From a virus: a DNA stretch of 64,000 nucleotides. The translations under genes and the position numbers were made by a program. Location: positions 32,001 through 96,000 of IMG/VR virus record IMGVR_UViG_3300045988_177154. One strand, 5' to 3'. Below, piece after piece: positions 8,084 through 17,898 of the stretch. Each line of letters opens with the position of its first letter. Position 1 is the stretch's first letter. A model generated the notes under the pieces. That model saw only the letters and a list, made by a program, of their open reading frames with translations. It ran no database searches and was not told the origin of the DNA.

Positions 8084-9316
8084 ATGGCTAAATATCATAT
8101 AACTCCAAGAGGCGAAGTTAAAAAATGTAATGCTAAAGTACATTGTCGCTATGGAGATTACAACCCTCACTTTGATGACCCAGTGACAGCTCAATTATTT
8201 GCTGATAATTGTTTTGATAGATTGAAATTTGACTCTACAATCAGAACTTTAGATACAAGTGGTTTTGATTTAAGAATGAAAAATAAAAATAGTTTACCAA
8301 GTAGAGTGAAAGATATAACTGGAGTAAAGCAAAGAGGTTTTGATTATGAATGTTACATGAGCTCTTGTTATGCTGAATCTCTAGGCCTTAGAAATGTTTT
8401 AGTGCAAGATAAAAATGGCTCATGGCATGCTATCAATCAAAACGGTGCTATTCCAGATATTGATGAAGAAAGAATAAAAAGCTTAATTGACAACGCTAAA
8501 CAAAGTTTAGAAAATGCTTATGATGTTGCTAATGAAACTAATTCAGAAAAATTCTGTCGTGCTATTTATTACAGTGACGATTCTGATTCATTATTCATTC
8601 AAACTGGAGCACCTGAGCTATTAGATGCAGCTGTTGTAGAAAATGGAGAAACTCAACTATTAGAAATCAAGAAAACTCACTCTAGTGGTGCTCAAACATT
8701 TGAAAGAACTTTAGGAATTGGCCACGATAGTTCTTTTGAATTAAGAGATGAAGATTACGATACTCTACACCCAGAAATCTTAGAACAAGTAGAGAAATTT
8801 AGAAATGATAATAGTACTAATCAATACAATCTAAAAGTTTCTAATTTTGTTGCTACTGAGCAATTCGTAAGAGATTATCAAAGAAGTGGAAGTTCTGAAT
8901 TTGTTTGTACAGATAAAAGGGGTAGAGCTATTTCAATAGATATGACTAGACCACCTGAAATTGTTGCTAAAGAATTAGTAAATAATGGATTTGTTACTAC
9001 TCTTAAAATCAGAACTAATCTAAATACTCGTAAATTAGACAGCAATGCTATATATAGATTAAGAGAAAATAAAGAAAACCTTTATACTGGTGACTATGTG
9101 AAAGCACCTGGTGGACATAGAGCTATTCCATTTGAAAACTTTGATAAATCTAAAATGACGAAAGTTAGAGGCAAAGTTAGAATTGGTGAATATATGTTGC
9201 CAGTTAAATGGGAAGATAAAGATAGCTTCACTGGCCCAATTACACTTGATAGAATGGAATATTTTGCTCCAGTTATGGGTGGCGATATTAAAAAAGTACG
9301 AGATGAAGAATACTAA
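8084..9316 (+). CDS. hypothetical protein with N-terminal Cys/His module and a possible PD-(D/E)xK-like motif
   Basis: Starts MAKYHITPRGEVKKCNAKVHC, a module shared with 28239 and 34432. Central ELLDAAVV...LLEIKK is a D...ExK pattern. Start set at the ATG with an AAGGAG RBS. Confidence 0.6.
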   Translation: MAKYHITPRGEVKKCNAKVHCRYGDYNPHFDDPVTAQLFADNCFDRLKFDSTIRTLDTSGFDLRMKNKNSLPSRVKDITGVKQRGFDYECYMSSCYAESLGLRNVLVQDKNGSWHAINQNGAIPDIDEERIKSLIDNAKQSLENAYDVANETNSEKFCRAIYYSDDSDSLFIQTGAPELLDAAVVENGETQLLEIKKTHSSGAQTFERTLGIGHDSSFELRDEDYDTLHPEILEQVEKFRNDNSTNQYNLKVSNFVATEQFVRDYQRSGSSEFVCTDKRGRAISIDMTRPPEIVAKELVNNGFVTTLKIRTNLNTRKLDSNAIYRLRENKENLYTGDYVKAPGGHRAIPFENFDKSKMTKVRGKVRIGEYMLPVKWEDKDSFTGPITLDRMEYFAPVMGGDIKKVRDEEY

Positions 9317-9346
9317 AAAAGATAGCATTGAGCTATCTTTTTTTAT
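9315..9346. terminator. bidirectional intrinsic terminator between convergent genes
   Basis: AAAGATAGC-ATTGA-GCTATCTTT flanked by A and T runs. Confidence 0.75.
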
Positions 9347-9757
9347 TTATAATTCAAGTTCATAAGTGACTTCATCATTGTTTGTTGTTTTGGTGCTATT
9401 AAATTTGTTATAAAAGTTAATAGCATTTTTATTTTTAATAGAGCAATTTAGTTTTAAGACTTTATTTTCATTTAGTAATTGCTGAATTACAGCAGTACCA
9501 TAATTCATTTTACGATACTCTGGTTTGATATACAGGTATCTTAAAATTTGAGAGTTACAAGGCGATAAGGAATAGAAACCCACAATATTGAAGTTTTCAT
9601 CATGAATGAAATAAGAGCAATCATCTAGTATTAAATCTTCAGCATAGTTCATAAATAAATTATCATGATAAGATTGCAATTCCTCATAAAAGTCACCCAA
9701 CAAATCATCAAACAAAAATATATTAGTTTGATTTGAGTAAATCTTTGAAACAATCAT
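9347..9757 (-). CDS. GNAT-family N-acetyltransferase
   Basis: 136 aa. LYIKPEYRKMNYGTAVIQQLL resembles GNAT motif A. Confidence 0.55.
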   Translation of the reverse strand: MIVSKIYSNQTNIFLFDDLLGDFYEELQSYHDNLFMNYAEDLILDDCSYFIHDENFNIVGFYSLSPCNSQILRYLYIKPEYRKMNYGTAVIQQLLNENKVLKLNCSIKNKNAINFYNKFNSTKTTNNDEVTYELEL

Positions 9758-9768
9758 AACTTATCCCC

Positions 9769-10137
9769 TTATTTAGAAAGCATTTTTTGGAAGAAGTTTT
9801 TTGGCTCTGGAAGATTTTGAGCATGAAATGATTCTAGCTTTTCTGTAAGAGTATCTGTTGCTACTGTAAGAGGGGATTTTGGAACAACTGATTTATATTC
9901 ATTTACGTTTTCCTTTTTTTCATCTTGATAGTCACAAAGATATAAATAGTCAGCATAGTATTTTAACTCATCATCAAAATTCATCATTCGAGCGAAGTCA
10001 GAAAACATGGAATTTTTCAAAAATGCGGGACTGTTACGCTCAGTTAGCCATTTGAAGTATAAATCATAAATGTAGCCAACAAGAATTTTTTCAGCTGCAG
10101 TCAATTCGTTATATTGTTTTTTGTTTGGAATAAACAT
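9769..10137 (-). CDS. hypothetical protein (122 aa)
   Basis: ORF track and operon packing. Confidence 0.55.
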   Translation of the reverse strand: MFIPNKKQYNELTAAEKILVGYIYDLYFKWLTERNSPAFLKNSMFSDFARMMNFDDELKYYADYLYLCDYQDEKKENVNEYKSVVPKSPLTVATDTLTEKLESFHAQNLPEPKNFFQKMLSK

Positions 10138-10154
10138 ATTAGTACTCCTTTATC

Positions 10155-10814
10155 TTATAAAAAGCGTTCATAGTGGCCATCATGTAGGACACTTGCTTCG
10201 TAGTGGAAGTTACAGTAAGTGAGCAAATCTTCGATTCGTTTTTTAACAATTCGTTTAGTAGTTGTTTTATGAAGCGAAGTTAATTCTTTTAATTCATCTT
10301 GTGAGAATGAATAGTTCAAATCTTTTGCTATTTTCTCCACTTGCATACCACGTAGAGCCTTTTCCCAATTATCTGTAATGTGTAATCGAGTCATAGCTGG
10401 TTGGAAGTTTTCATCAGTTAAAGTGAAAGCTTCTTTAAACAAGTTTTTGATTTCTTCAATTGTTTCAAGTCGTTCTTTTGGAGTTTTATTTTTCAAGATA
10501 ACATCAAATTCATTTTGTAAATGATAAATGAAACGAGCTTCATCGTCAACTTCCATAGCATTAAGTAGAGCTTCAATTTCATCATCAGAATCATTAAAAT
10601 AAACTTTTGAGTAAAGACTATATTTAGCTTTAATAAGTTCTGCTTTATCCAAGATAGCTTTTTCTTTTTGATAAGCTTCAATAACAGAAGCAATAGTTCG
10701 CAAATCAGTAACGTCCATATTTTCATAGTCATTGAAAGATAAGATTGTTTCAATGTGTTGAGCTTTTTCTGAATTTTTCATTTCTGCAATTTTCTTTGTT
10801 AAATCAATAATCAT
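10155..10814 (-). CDS. hypothetical protein (219 aa)
   Basis: ORF track. First gene behind a TTGACA promoter near 10851-10879. Confidence 0.6.
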   Translation of the reverse strand: MIIDLTKKIAEMKNSEKAQHIETILSFNDYENMDVTDLRTIASVIEAYQKEKAILDKAELIKAKYSLYSKVYFNDSDDEIEALLNAMEVDDEARFIYHLQNEFDVILKNKTPKERLETIEEIKNLFKEAFTLTDENFQPAMTRLHITDNWEKALRGMQVEKIAKDLNYSFSQDELKELTSLHKTTTKRIVKKRIEDLLTYCNFHYEASVLHDGHYERFL

Positions 10815-10924
10815 TTTTCATTCCTCATTTCATATTTCTTTTATAGTTATATAGTACAATAAAAATTTTACTTTGTCAACAATAAAATAAAAAAGAAAGT
10901 AACTTTTTTGTTACTTTCTTAATT

Positions 10925-11299
10925 TTAATATATAGAGGTTGTTGCAACTGCAATTTTCAAATTTGAGTTTTCAAGAGCACGATTTTTAGTCCATAAGTTA
11001 CAAACAGTATAAAACTTATCTCTTGTATCAATTTCTAAGTAGTAATCCTCATCTGGATAACGAATAAGTTCGTTTTTAATCATTAACAAGTTATTAGGAC
11101 TTGAATAATTCCATTTATCCCATTCTGCTTTGAATAAATTTGTTGAATATTCTAGTTTTTCTAAAACTTCAATCATTTTTTCTAAAACAGTATAATATTT
11201 AAATTTAATAAAAACCACACTGTTTTCAACTACAAATTTTTGAATTTTTTCGTCTAAATTTTGTGTGCTAATCCAATTTTCGTTAGTCATGTTGGTCAC
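10925..11299 (-). CDS. hypothetical protein (124 aa)
   Basis: ORF track. Confidence 0.55.
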   Translation of the reverse strand: MTNMTNENWISTQNLDEKIQKFVVENSVVFIKFKYYTVLEKMIEVLEKLEYSTNLFKAEWDKWNYSSPNNLLMIKNELIRYPDEDYYLEIDTRDKFYTVCNLWTKNRALENSNLKIAVATTSIY

Positions 11300-11591
11300 C
11301 TTCGAAAATTTTTGAAGTTCCTAAGAAGTAAGGAGCGATTGCTTCAAATTCTTCATCATTCATAACAACCATAGCTTTATCAACAATCATTGCTTGGATA
11401 GTAATGTTATCAGTCTTTAAATCAACTGGACATTCAGTAGCTACATAACGGACTGCTTCTGCCAAAACCCACGGGTCAAGATGATTTAGTAGTGCAATTG
11501 AGAAACCTTGCGTTAGAGCTCCATTTTCCTCAATATTTTTACGCAGTTCTGCTAAGCTTAATGCTTTTTTAGATTTCTTATCTGGCTTCAT
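11283..11591 (-). CDS. hypothetical protein (102 aa)
   Basis: ORF track. Confidence 0.55.
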   Translation of the reverse strand: MKPDKKSKKALSLAELRKNIEENGALTQGFSIALLNHLDPWVLAEAVRYVATECPVDLKTDNITIQAMIVDKAMVVMNDEEFEAIAPYFLGTSKIFEGDQHD

Positions 11592-11592
11592 T

Positions 11593-11757
11593 TTATTTCT
11601 CCTTAATTGTTTTGATTGTTTTGTTTTCTAATTGAGCAACTAGTTTGAAATATTCATCTGCTAAATATTTATCAGTACCAACTGTTTCTCGTTTAGTTCC
11701 ATCAGTAAAGACACAAACAAAAGTTTTGATTTCATTGTTTAGTACTACATTGTTCAT
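11593..11757 (-). CDS. small hypothetical protein (54 aa)
   Basis: Hand-translated MNNVVLNNEIKTFVCVFTDGTKRETVGTDKYLADEYFKLVAQLENKTIKTIKEK. Stop lies 1 nt before the next start. Below the ORF-track cut-off. Confidence 0.5.
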   Translation of the reverse strand: MNNVVLNNEIKTFVCVFTDGTKRETVGTDKYLADEYFKLVAQLENKTIKTIKEK

Positions 11758-11882
11758 TGTTTATCTTCCTTTTCGTTTCTTTATAGTTATATAATACAAT
11801 AAACATTTTGTTTTGTCAACAACTTTTAATAAAAAATTTAAAAAATAAAAAGGTAGTTTCCACTACCTTTTAAATTGTTATT

Positions 11883-12272
11883 TTATTTTTCTAGCAACGC
11901 TGAATTTTCATGAATATTACCGATGATTGTCATAGATGAACCATCTTCAATCAATTCAGCTAAAGCAGACTTTTTGTTGTATGTTTTTGATTCAACCATA
12001 AACAAAGCATGTTCATTATCCCAAAATACAATTACTTTAACTAAACCATCTTTAGTTTCGGTTGCCAGAATATCACCATCAAAAATTTCTTTGCTATCTT
12101 TATCAAGCAATCCTGTTGATTGCATGAGAATAGCATCTTCATCTTCAAGATAAAAGTCATAAGAATAACCACATACACATCTTGTTTTGTCATTTTCAAA
12201 AACAAGAGCTTTGACTCTTAACATTCTTTTAACATCTGGGTCTGGCAGCCATACTCGAAATTTTGGTATCAT
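11883..12272 (-). CDS. YopX-family protein
   Basis: MIPKFRVW start and C-terminal IIGNIHEN..LLE are typical of YopX (SPbeta-type phage) proteins. Confidence 0.7.
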   Translation of the reverse strand: MIPKFRVWLPDPDVKRMLRVKALVFENDKTRCVCGYSYDFYLEDEDAILMQSTGLLDKDSKEIFDGDILATETKDGLVKVIVFWDNEHALFMVESKTYNKKSALAELIEDGSSMTIIGNIHENSALLEK

Positions 12273-12478
12273 TTATCTTCCTCCTCGTAAAACTCAATCT
12301 TACCAAAATGTTTTGGGTGTAGTGTTATCATAGTTTCAGTAGGTTCAATCTGTTGTAATTGGAGGCATTGTATATTACCCACTTCTAACCAACCTAACAT
12401 ATCAGTTATATGTTTGTAACTTTCCTTTACCTTTATTTCTTCCTCAAAGTAAGGATTTTTCAATATAATCTTGGTCAT
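12269..12478 (-). CDS. hypothetical protein (69 aa)
   Basis: ORF track. 4-nt overlap with the downstream gene. Confidence 0.55.
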   Translation of the reverse strand: MTKIILKNPYFEEEIKVKESYKHITDMLGWLEVGNIQCLQLQQIEPTETMITLHPKHFGKIEFYEEEDK

Positions 12479-12487
12479 ATTATGCTC

Positions 12488-12802
12488 CTATTCAAAATTG
12501 TCGGCTGCATCTAAAACAGCATCTTCATCTTCATAATAGTTATAGTTATAATCATTGCTTTCTAATCCAATGTAAACTTCAAACAGAAGATACTCAATAG
12601 ATTCAAACGTTTCATCGTCAACACAAAATAAACAAACTTCGGTACCATCTTCTTGAATTGCTTTCTTTAAGAATGTTACCTTATCAAAGAGCGTTTTTAA
12701 AACTTCTTTGGCAGTTTGACTATCTTTGATAAGTGGATTTTCTTTAATCAAATATTGAAATGCTGTTTCTGGTTCTTCGTCCCAAAATCTTCCTTTAATC
12801 AT
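12488..12802 (-). CDS. hypothetical acidic protein (104 aa)
   Basis: ORF track. Confidence 0.55.
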   Translation of the reverse strand: MIKGRFWDEEPETAFQYLIKENPLIKDSQTAKEVLKTLFDKVTFLKKAIQEDGTEVCLFCVDDETFESIEYLLFEVYIGLESNDYNYNYYEDEDAVLDAADNFE

Positions 12803-12822
12803 ATTTTTAATCCTTTCTGAAA

Positions 12823-13071
12823 TTATAGTTCAACGTAACTTACACTAACTGGACAATTTTGTTGTTCTTCCAAAGCTTTTTCATAATTAGAGATAAAACT
12901 TTTGATTGTCTTTGGGTGGAGATTGATTTTACGATTATAGCTGTAACCAACTTCAAATGTGTAACGAGTTGCTTCAATCAATTCTTTTAATGTGCCTTCT
13001 AATGTGTAAGTACGAGTACGAGCCATGCCGTAAATATTTTTAGTAACTTGATAAATGTTTTCTTTTGCCAT
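12823..13071 (-). CDS. hypothetical protein (82 aa)
   Basis: ORF track. Behind promoter 13104-13132. Confidence 0.55.
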   Translation of the reverse strand: MAKENIYQVTKNIYGMARTRTYTLEGTLKELIEATRYTFEVGYSYNRKINLHPKTIKSFISNYEKALEEQQNCPVSVSYVEL

Positions 13072-13103
13072 TTGTATTTCCTCTTTTCATTTTTTACAAT
13101 CTT

Positions 13104-13132
13104 ATTGTATAACAACTTTTTTACTTTGTCAA
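13104..13132 (-). promoter_or_regulatory. sigma-A type promoter
   Basis: Minus strand reads TTGACA-17-TACAAT. Confidence 0.7.
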
Positions 13133-13190
13133 CAATAAAAATCAAAAAATAAAAAATATTTTTCAAATGCTAAAATCTTTAATTCTTGGA

Positions 13191-13300
13191 TTGCTTAGAC
13201 TGAATTTTAATGTCGTTATATCGTCAATAACTGCATGCTAAGACTGAAAAACTGCAATTTCGATAAATGTATCGACTTTGCAGTAAAACAGCTTAGAGTT
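13191..13300 (-). repeat. dispersed intergenic repeat, copy B (reverse orientation)
   Basis: The reverse complement reads GCAACTCTAAGCTGTTTTACTGCAAAGTCGATACATTTATCGAAA...TGACGATATAACGACATTAAAATTCAGTCTAAGCAA. Confidence 0.8.
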
Positions 13301-13311
13301 GCTTATTTTCA

Positions 13312-13686
13312 TTAGATGTACAGATGGCCATTGTGAATATATTCTGATTTTTCTAACATTGTTCCATAAGCAACTTTTTGATTATTGAAAACACCTTTTT
13401 GTACATGATAGAAAGTGGATAAGTCAATAGTTTTTCTTTCAGTACAAATATTAAGCCATAAGGATTCATAACGCTTTTTCAAATCTTCTTCAACAACTTT
13501 CAGATTCATAATACTAGTCATATCTTCCTCTTCAGTCCATTCAGAATTATAGCCCAATTGTTCAATAGCTTTAAATAATTCAATGAATTTTTCATAGTTA
13601 TTAAACTCAACAAAAATCATTTTGTAACTTTCAAGATTATTGATAATTTCTTCTTTAGTAAGTTTATTACCCAAATATTTTTTCAT
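13312..13686 (-). CDS. hypothetical protein (124 aa)
   Basis: ORF track. Confidence 0.55.
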   Translation of the reverse strand: MKKYLGNKLTKEEIINNLESYKMIFVEFNNYEKFIELFKAIEQLGYNSEWTEEEDMTSIMNLKVVEEDLKKRYESLWLNICTERKTIDLSTFYHVQKGVFNNQKVAYGTMLEKSEYIHNGHLYI

Positions 13687-13700
13687 TTTAGTAAGCCTTT

Positions 13701-14012
13701 CTAATTCTTTTCAATTCCAATAGTTGTTTCAGACCAATTAACTGGATTCCAATAAGAAATTTCAAAATAATTTTCATTTTGAATCTGTTTATAGATTTCT
13801 TTAATGATTTTAGATTTCTTAGAAATGCTTTCATCAAAATAATCATAGTTAGAGCTTATTTTTAATTTATTAAATATTAAATGGCTCAAAATCAAATTTA
13901 AAATTTGAATAGTTGATTTTTCTTCATCTTGGATTAGATATTCTTCAGGTTGACCAGAATAATTCCATGTTCCGTAATGAGCAGATTGGATTGTTACAGT
14001 ATATCTATTCAT
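13701..14012 (-). CDS. hypothetical protein (103 aa)
   Basis: ORF track. Confidence 0.55.
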   Translation of the reverse strand: MNRYTVTIQSAHYGTWNYSGQPEEYLIQDEEKSTIQILNLILSHLIFNKLKISSNYDYFDESISKKSKIIKEIYKQIQNENYFEISYWNPVNWSETTIGIEKN

Positions 14013-14015
14013 TTT

Positions 14016-14231
14016 TTAACTTTCTATATAGATTCCATAAATAATTGTAGTTGTGTAATGATAATATTCTTGTCTGTTTGTATTGACAGAAATAGCAATA
14101 ACTTTAAATCCTTTTTCAGTAATACTATCAATAAAATCATTAACTTCTTTATCAAGTTTCCAAGGTGTGTCAGCATAGATGATTTTTTGTTGTGGAACAC
14201 GAACATTAGTAGGTATCATAATTGGCTTCAT
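14016..14231 (-). CDS. hypothetical protein (71 aa)
   Basis: ORF track. Behind promoter 14264-14292. Confidence 0.55.
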   Translation of the reverse strand: MKPIMIPTNVRVPQQKIIYADTPWKLDKEVNDFIDSITEKGFKVIAISVNTNRQEYYHYTTTIIYGIYIES

Positions 14232-14263
14232 AATAAATTTCCTCTTTCTTTATTTCTACAACC

Positions 14264-14292
14264 ATTGTACAACAAAAATCTTTCATTGTCAA
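14264..14292 (-). promoter_or_regulatory. sigma-A type promoter
   Basis: Minus strand reads TTGACA-17-TACAAT. Confidence 0.7.
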
Positions 14293-14346
14293 CTAAGAAG
14301 ATTTACAAAAATAAAAAAGTAGCTATACAGCTACTTAATTGTCAAA

Positions 14347-15024
14347 TCAATTTACAATATGTTGAGATTGTTGTTTTTTATCATCGTCCTTATGAACAAA
14401 AGCTTTTAATTCTGCGACAAAATCATCTGGCAATGTTACAATTACAGAAGCTTCACGCTCTTCAAGTACTTCTTTAATATAAGGACTCGTTACTTTGTAA
14501 GTCAAGTTAATTTCTTCAATTTCTGTATAGGGAAACTCTTGCTTTTCCTTAATGAAATTCACCAAATTCTCAATCTCAGTGTATTTCATAATTTCGCTAT
14601 TTCGGATTCCAACATTACTAATACCATTTGATTTGTAAACTAATCCATTCTTTTCAATTAAATAGATTACTTCGCTAAAATAACCAGTCTTAAAAGAGAT
14701 AGTATAACCTTCATCTCGTTTGAGAATTGTTCCAGTTGAGTAATATTTAGATGTGAGTTCGCTATTCCATTCCCAAAGACTTTTTAGAGTAAAGAAAACA
14801 CTAAAAAAGGAAATCATAGAACCCATACTATAAATCAAAATAAATATTGCAAAAATCATAATGTGTGTATTGCTATTTGATACAAGAATACTCCCTACAA
14901 CAGTAGTAAATATGCTTAATATAAATTCAAAGCAGATAGCAAGACGAAAATTATCTCCAGTCGTTGCATACTTTAATTGCACTTTATTTCTTTTTAGAAT
15001 TTCAATCAAAATCTTTGTAATCAT
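14347..15024 (-). CDS. membrane protein (225 aa)
   Basis: N-terminal half contains several hydrophobic helices. Confidence 0.6.
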   Translation of the reverse strand: MITKILIEILKRNKVQLKYATTGDNFRLAICFEFILSIFTTVVGSILVSNSNTHIMIFAIFILIYSMGSMISFFSVFFTLKSLWEWNSELTSKYYSTGTILKRDEGYTISFKTGYFSEVIYLIEKNGLVYKSNGISNVGIRNSEIMKYTEIENLVNFIKEKQEFPYTEIEEINLTYKVTSPYIKEVLEEREASVIVTLPDDFVAELKAFVHKDDDKKQQSQHIVN

Positions 15025-15031
15025 TTTTTCA

Positions 15032-16021
15032 TCAACCTTTCTTTCCTAGCAAACTCATATATTTTTCATAAATCACTTCATCAATAACTCGACTAGCAGA
15101 ATCAATCTTAGAAAAATCTGTAATTAAAGCAAGTACATCTTCATCTAGTTTATCTTTCTTGATAGCTTTTGCTGAAATACCATCATGTGCTTTCATATGT
15201 TGATAAATTGCTTCAACAATCTTCAAATGTGAATCACTTAAATCATCTTTGAATTTAACAAGAGCGTACATTGCTCCAACATATTGATGGTTTGCAAACA
15301 TACTATGTGAACCATGAACTTCAACAAAGTAATCATGTGCTACTCCTTTTGACTGAGAAGGTTTCTTAGTAATTCCTTTACCCAAATCATGCAATTCTGC
15401 CAAAGTAACAATTTCATCTTTTGTGTAATGAATTGATTCAGATTGAGCTTTAGCACCATCAATAGTCATTTGAATATGTGTGTCAACATCTTCGGCATGA
15501 TATGGAGAATCGTGCTTCATTCCTTTAATCATAGCAATTTCATCTTCAAAAGCTTTGTAATCACCAATAACTTCAATTTTATCACAATCAACACTAATAC
15601 GTGGCACTTGTAAGCTTTCATACATACGGCGAATAACACTTTCAGGTACTTTTGCAAATCCACTACGTTGAGCATTTTGTTCCAAAATAGTAGCAAGAGG
15701 TTTTACTAATACAATAGCTTCAATTTCTGTATATTTCTTGAATTGTTCATAAAATCCTTTACGAAGTTTACGATTCAAGTTAGTAGCGTCATAAAAGATA
15801 GTATCATATTGTTTAGACAAAAGAGCTTCTCTCATTCGCTCATGAAGTGTTTTGAAAACAACTGGAATAGCTTCAGGTGCATTACCAGCTTCCAAATCGC
15901 CAAACAATTCAATGCGTAATTCATCAGAAGATAGTACTAATGATTTTTCTGTTTTAACTTTTTGAATATATGTTGATTTTCCTACGCCAGCAACTCCAAT
16001 CAATACTTTAATCTTAGTCAT
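15032..16021 (-). CDS. P-loop kinase fused to HD-domain phosphohydrolase (candidate polynucleotide kinase/phosphatase)
   Basis: Walker A GVAGVGKST at the N-terminus. C-terminal half has an H...HD pattern (AELHDLGK). Confidence 0.5.
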   Translation of the reverse strand: MTKIKVLIGVAGVGKSTYIQKVKTEKSLVLSSDELRIELFGDLEAGNAPEAIPVVFKTLHERMREALLSKQYDTIFYDATNLNRKLRKGFYEQFKKYTEIEAIVLVKPLATILEQNAQRSGFAKVPESVIRRMYESLQVPRISVDCDKIEVIGDYKAFEDEIAMIKGMKHDSPYHAEDVDTHIQMTIDGAKAQSESIHYTKDEIVTLAELHDLGKGITKKPSQSKGVAHDYFVEVHGSHSMFANHQYVGAMYALVKFKDDLSDSHLKIVEAIYQHMKAHDGISAKAIKKDKLDEDVLALITDFSKIDSASRVIDEVIYEKYMSLLGKKG

Positions 16022-16134
16022 TTTTCTTTACCTCGTTTCTATAATTCTATTATATGATATAATTTTCTGATTGTCTACATAAAAGTTGAAGAAAGAAGAA
16101 TAATATAACTATAAGTAAATAAAGGATTGAAAGA

Positions 16135-17898
16135 ATGAATAATAAAGAATTACTAAATGAAATATTACTTGAAAATTCAAATCTTAATGAAGCTCTAAAA
16201 GGAGCAGAATATACTTCACAAACCGAAGCAATTATCCAAATGTTAATGGGTAATAATGTTTTCCTTAGTGGCCCAGCGGGATCCGGTAAATCTTTCGTGA
16301 TTAGAAAATATTGCGAATTAGTTGAATCGTTTAATCCCAAAGTGAAAATCCATAAAACAAGTACTACTGGATTAAGTGCTATTAACATTGGTGGACAAAC
16401 TATTCAATCATTTTCAGGTATGGGTATTTATAAGCATACTTACGAAGATTATTTAAAATTACCGGGAGTTACAGATTCTGGCTTGTATAGAGGAAGTCTA
16501 TACAAAATTAGAAGTAGCCAAATCTTAATTATTGATGAAGTTTCTATGCTAAGTGCTAGAGATTTGCAATTTCTTGTAGATAGAATTAAAGACATTAAAA
16601 AGAATATTAAATACTTACAAATTATAGTATCTGGTGATTTTACTCAATTACAACCAGTTGCTACTAAAAAAGACATTGAAACATATGGCCAAGATTTAGC
16701 TGATTTTTGTTATGGAACTAAAGCTTGGGAAGAACTTAATTTCTCACTTTGCTATTTAGATAAAATCCAAAGAACAAGCGATAGAATATTGAAAGAATTA
16801 CTTGATAATATTTCTTTAGGAAATGGATTATCAAAAGAAGTGGCAGATACGATTAGAACTATTCCAATCTCTACTACTAAATACAAACCTGGTGTAGCAT
16901 TATTAGTTTCAACTAACTTCCAAGTAGACAAAATCAATGAAGATAATCACAAACTAAATAAAGGTGAATTATTTACTCATGAAACTTGGTGTAATCCAAG
17001 AACACCTGAAGATAGTGAAAAATACGCTTTTAGAGAATTAAAATTACCTGAAGTTCTAAGAGTTAAACATGGCGATACCATTATGATTACATCTAATGAA
17101 TCTGCAGCTATGCCGTATTCTACTCCACATATTAAATATATGTTAGATGATAAAGAGCGTTTAATTAGAACAAATGAAGCTAAACTTCTAAAGAATGGAA
17201 TGATTGGAACTTTTGAACTAATTGACCATGAACCTTACTTTAAATATTTCGATTCTGATTTAGATAAAACTTTCTATTATTTGCTAAGTGAAATTTACTA
17301 CACAAAAGAAGAAGTAACACCAGAGCAACTTAAGAGAAGAGAAGAATTAAAGAAAGGCATTAAAGAGAATGTTTTAAGTCATTATACTAAAGATGAGCAA
17401 AAAGCTTATAAGAAGAAAACAAACAAATGGTTAGTAGCACAAATTGATTCAGAAGTAGAAGATGAATTATTAAGAGCAACTAAAAAGAGTAAATTGTCAA
17501 TCATATTAGCAGAATGTACACAATATCCGATTAAGCTTGCTTATGCGATTTCAATTCATAAATCACAAGGACAAAGCTTTGATAATATTACTGTAGATTT
17601 AACTAATTGTTGGACTCCAGGTTTGGGTTATGTTGCATTATCAAGAGCAACTTCTCTTAAAGGAATTTCATTATTAAGAAATGCGACTAATGGAAAAGTA
17701 CTTAATAAAAATGCCATATTAGTAACAGATAAATCTATTGAAATTAAAAAAGATATTATGAGAAAAGCAAAAGAACTTAGAAAAGCAAATTTAGACTTTT
17801 ATAAGAAGTTATTTAATAATGAAATTGATTTCATAGAGTTACTTCAAGAAACAAGACCTAGAATTTTCCCTAAAATAGATGAAGATTCTCCATTTTAA
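16135..17898 (+). CDS. Pif1/RecD-like superfamily 1 DNA helicase
   Basis: Walker A GPAGSGKS, Walker B IIDEVSML, and C-terminal YAISIHKSQGQSFD and YVALSRAT motifs. Confidence 0.8.
   Translation: MNNKELLNEILLENSNLNEALKGAEYTSQTEAIIQMLMGNNVFLSGPAGSGKSFVIRKYCELVESFNPKVKIHKTSTTGLSAINIGGQTIQSFSGMGIYKHTYEDYLKLPGVTDSGLYRGSLYKIRSSQILIIDEVSMLSARDLQFLVDRIKDIKKNIKYLQIIVSGDFTQLQPVATKKDIETYGQDLADFCYGTKAWEELNFSLCYLDKIQRTSDRILKELLDNISLGNGLSKEVADTIRTIPISTTKYKPGVALLVSTNFQVDKINEDNHKLNKGELFTHETWCNPRTPEDSEKYAFRELKLPEVLRVKHGDTIMITSNESAAMPYSTPHIKYMLDDKERLIRTNEAKLLKNGMIGTFELIDHEPYFKYFDSDLDKTFYYLLSEIYYTKEEVTPEQLKRREELKKGIKENVLSHYTKDEQKAYKKKTNKWLVAQIDSEVEDELLRATKKSKLSIILAECTQYPIKLAYAISIHKSQGQSFDNITVDLTNCWTPGLGYVALSRATSLKGISLLRNATNGKVLNKNAILVTDKSIEIKKDIMRKAKELRKANLDFYKKLFNNEIDFIELLQETRPRIFPKIDEDSPF

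Noticed and set aside
13950-14477. 175-aa plus-strand ORF
   Set aside because: It runs antisense across three minus-strand genes, a promoter and an intergenic gap. Its sequence is low-complexity (I/F/N/L-rich), as expected from AT-rich antisense DNA, and it has no RBS.
16050-16388. 112-aa minus-strand ORF overlapping the helicase start and the divergent promoter region
   Set aside because: It overlaps the strongly supported helicase gene, including the Walker A region, and has no RBS. It is a hydrophobic, low-complexity translation.
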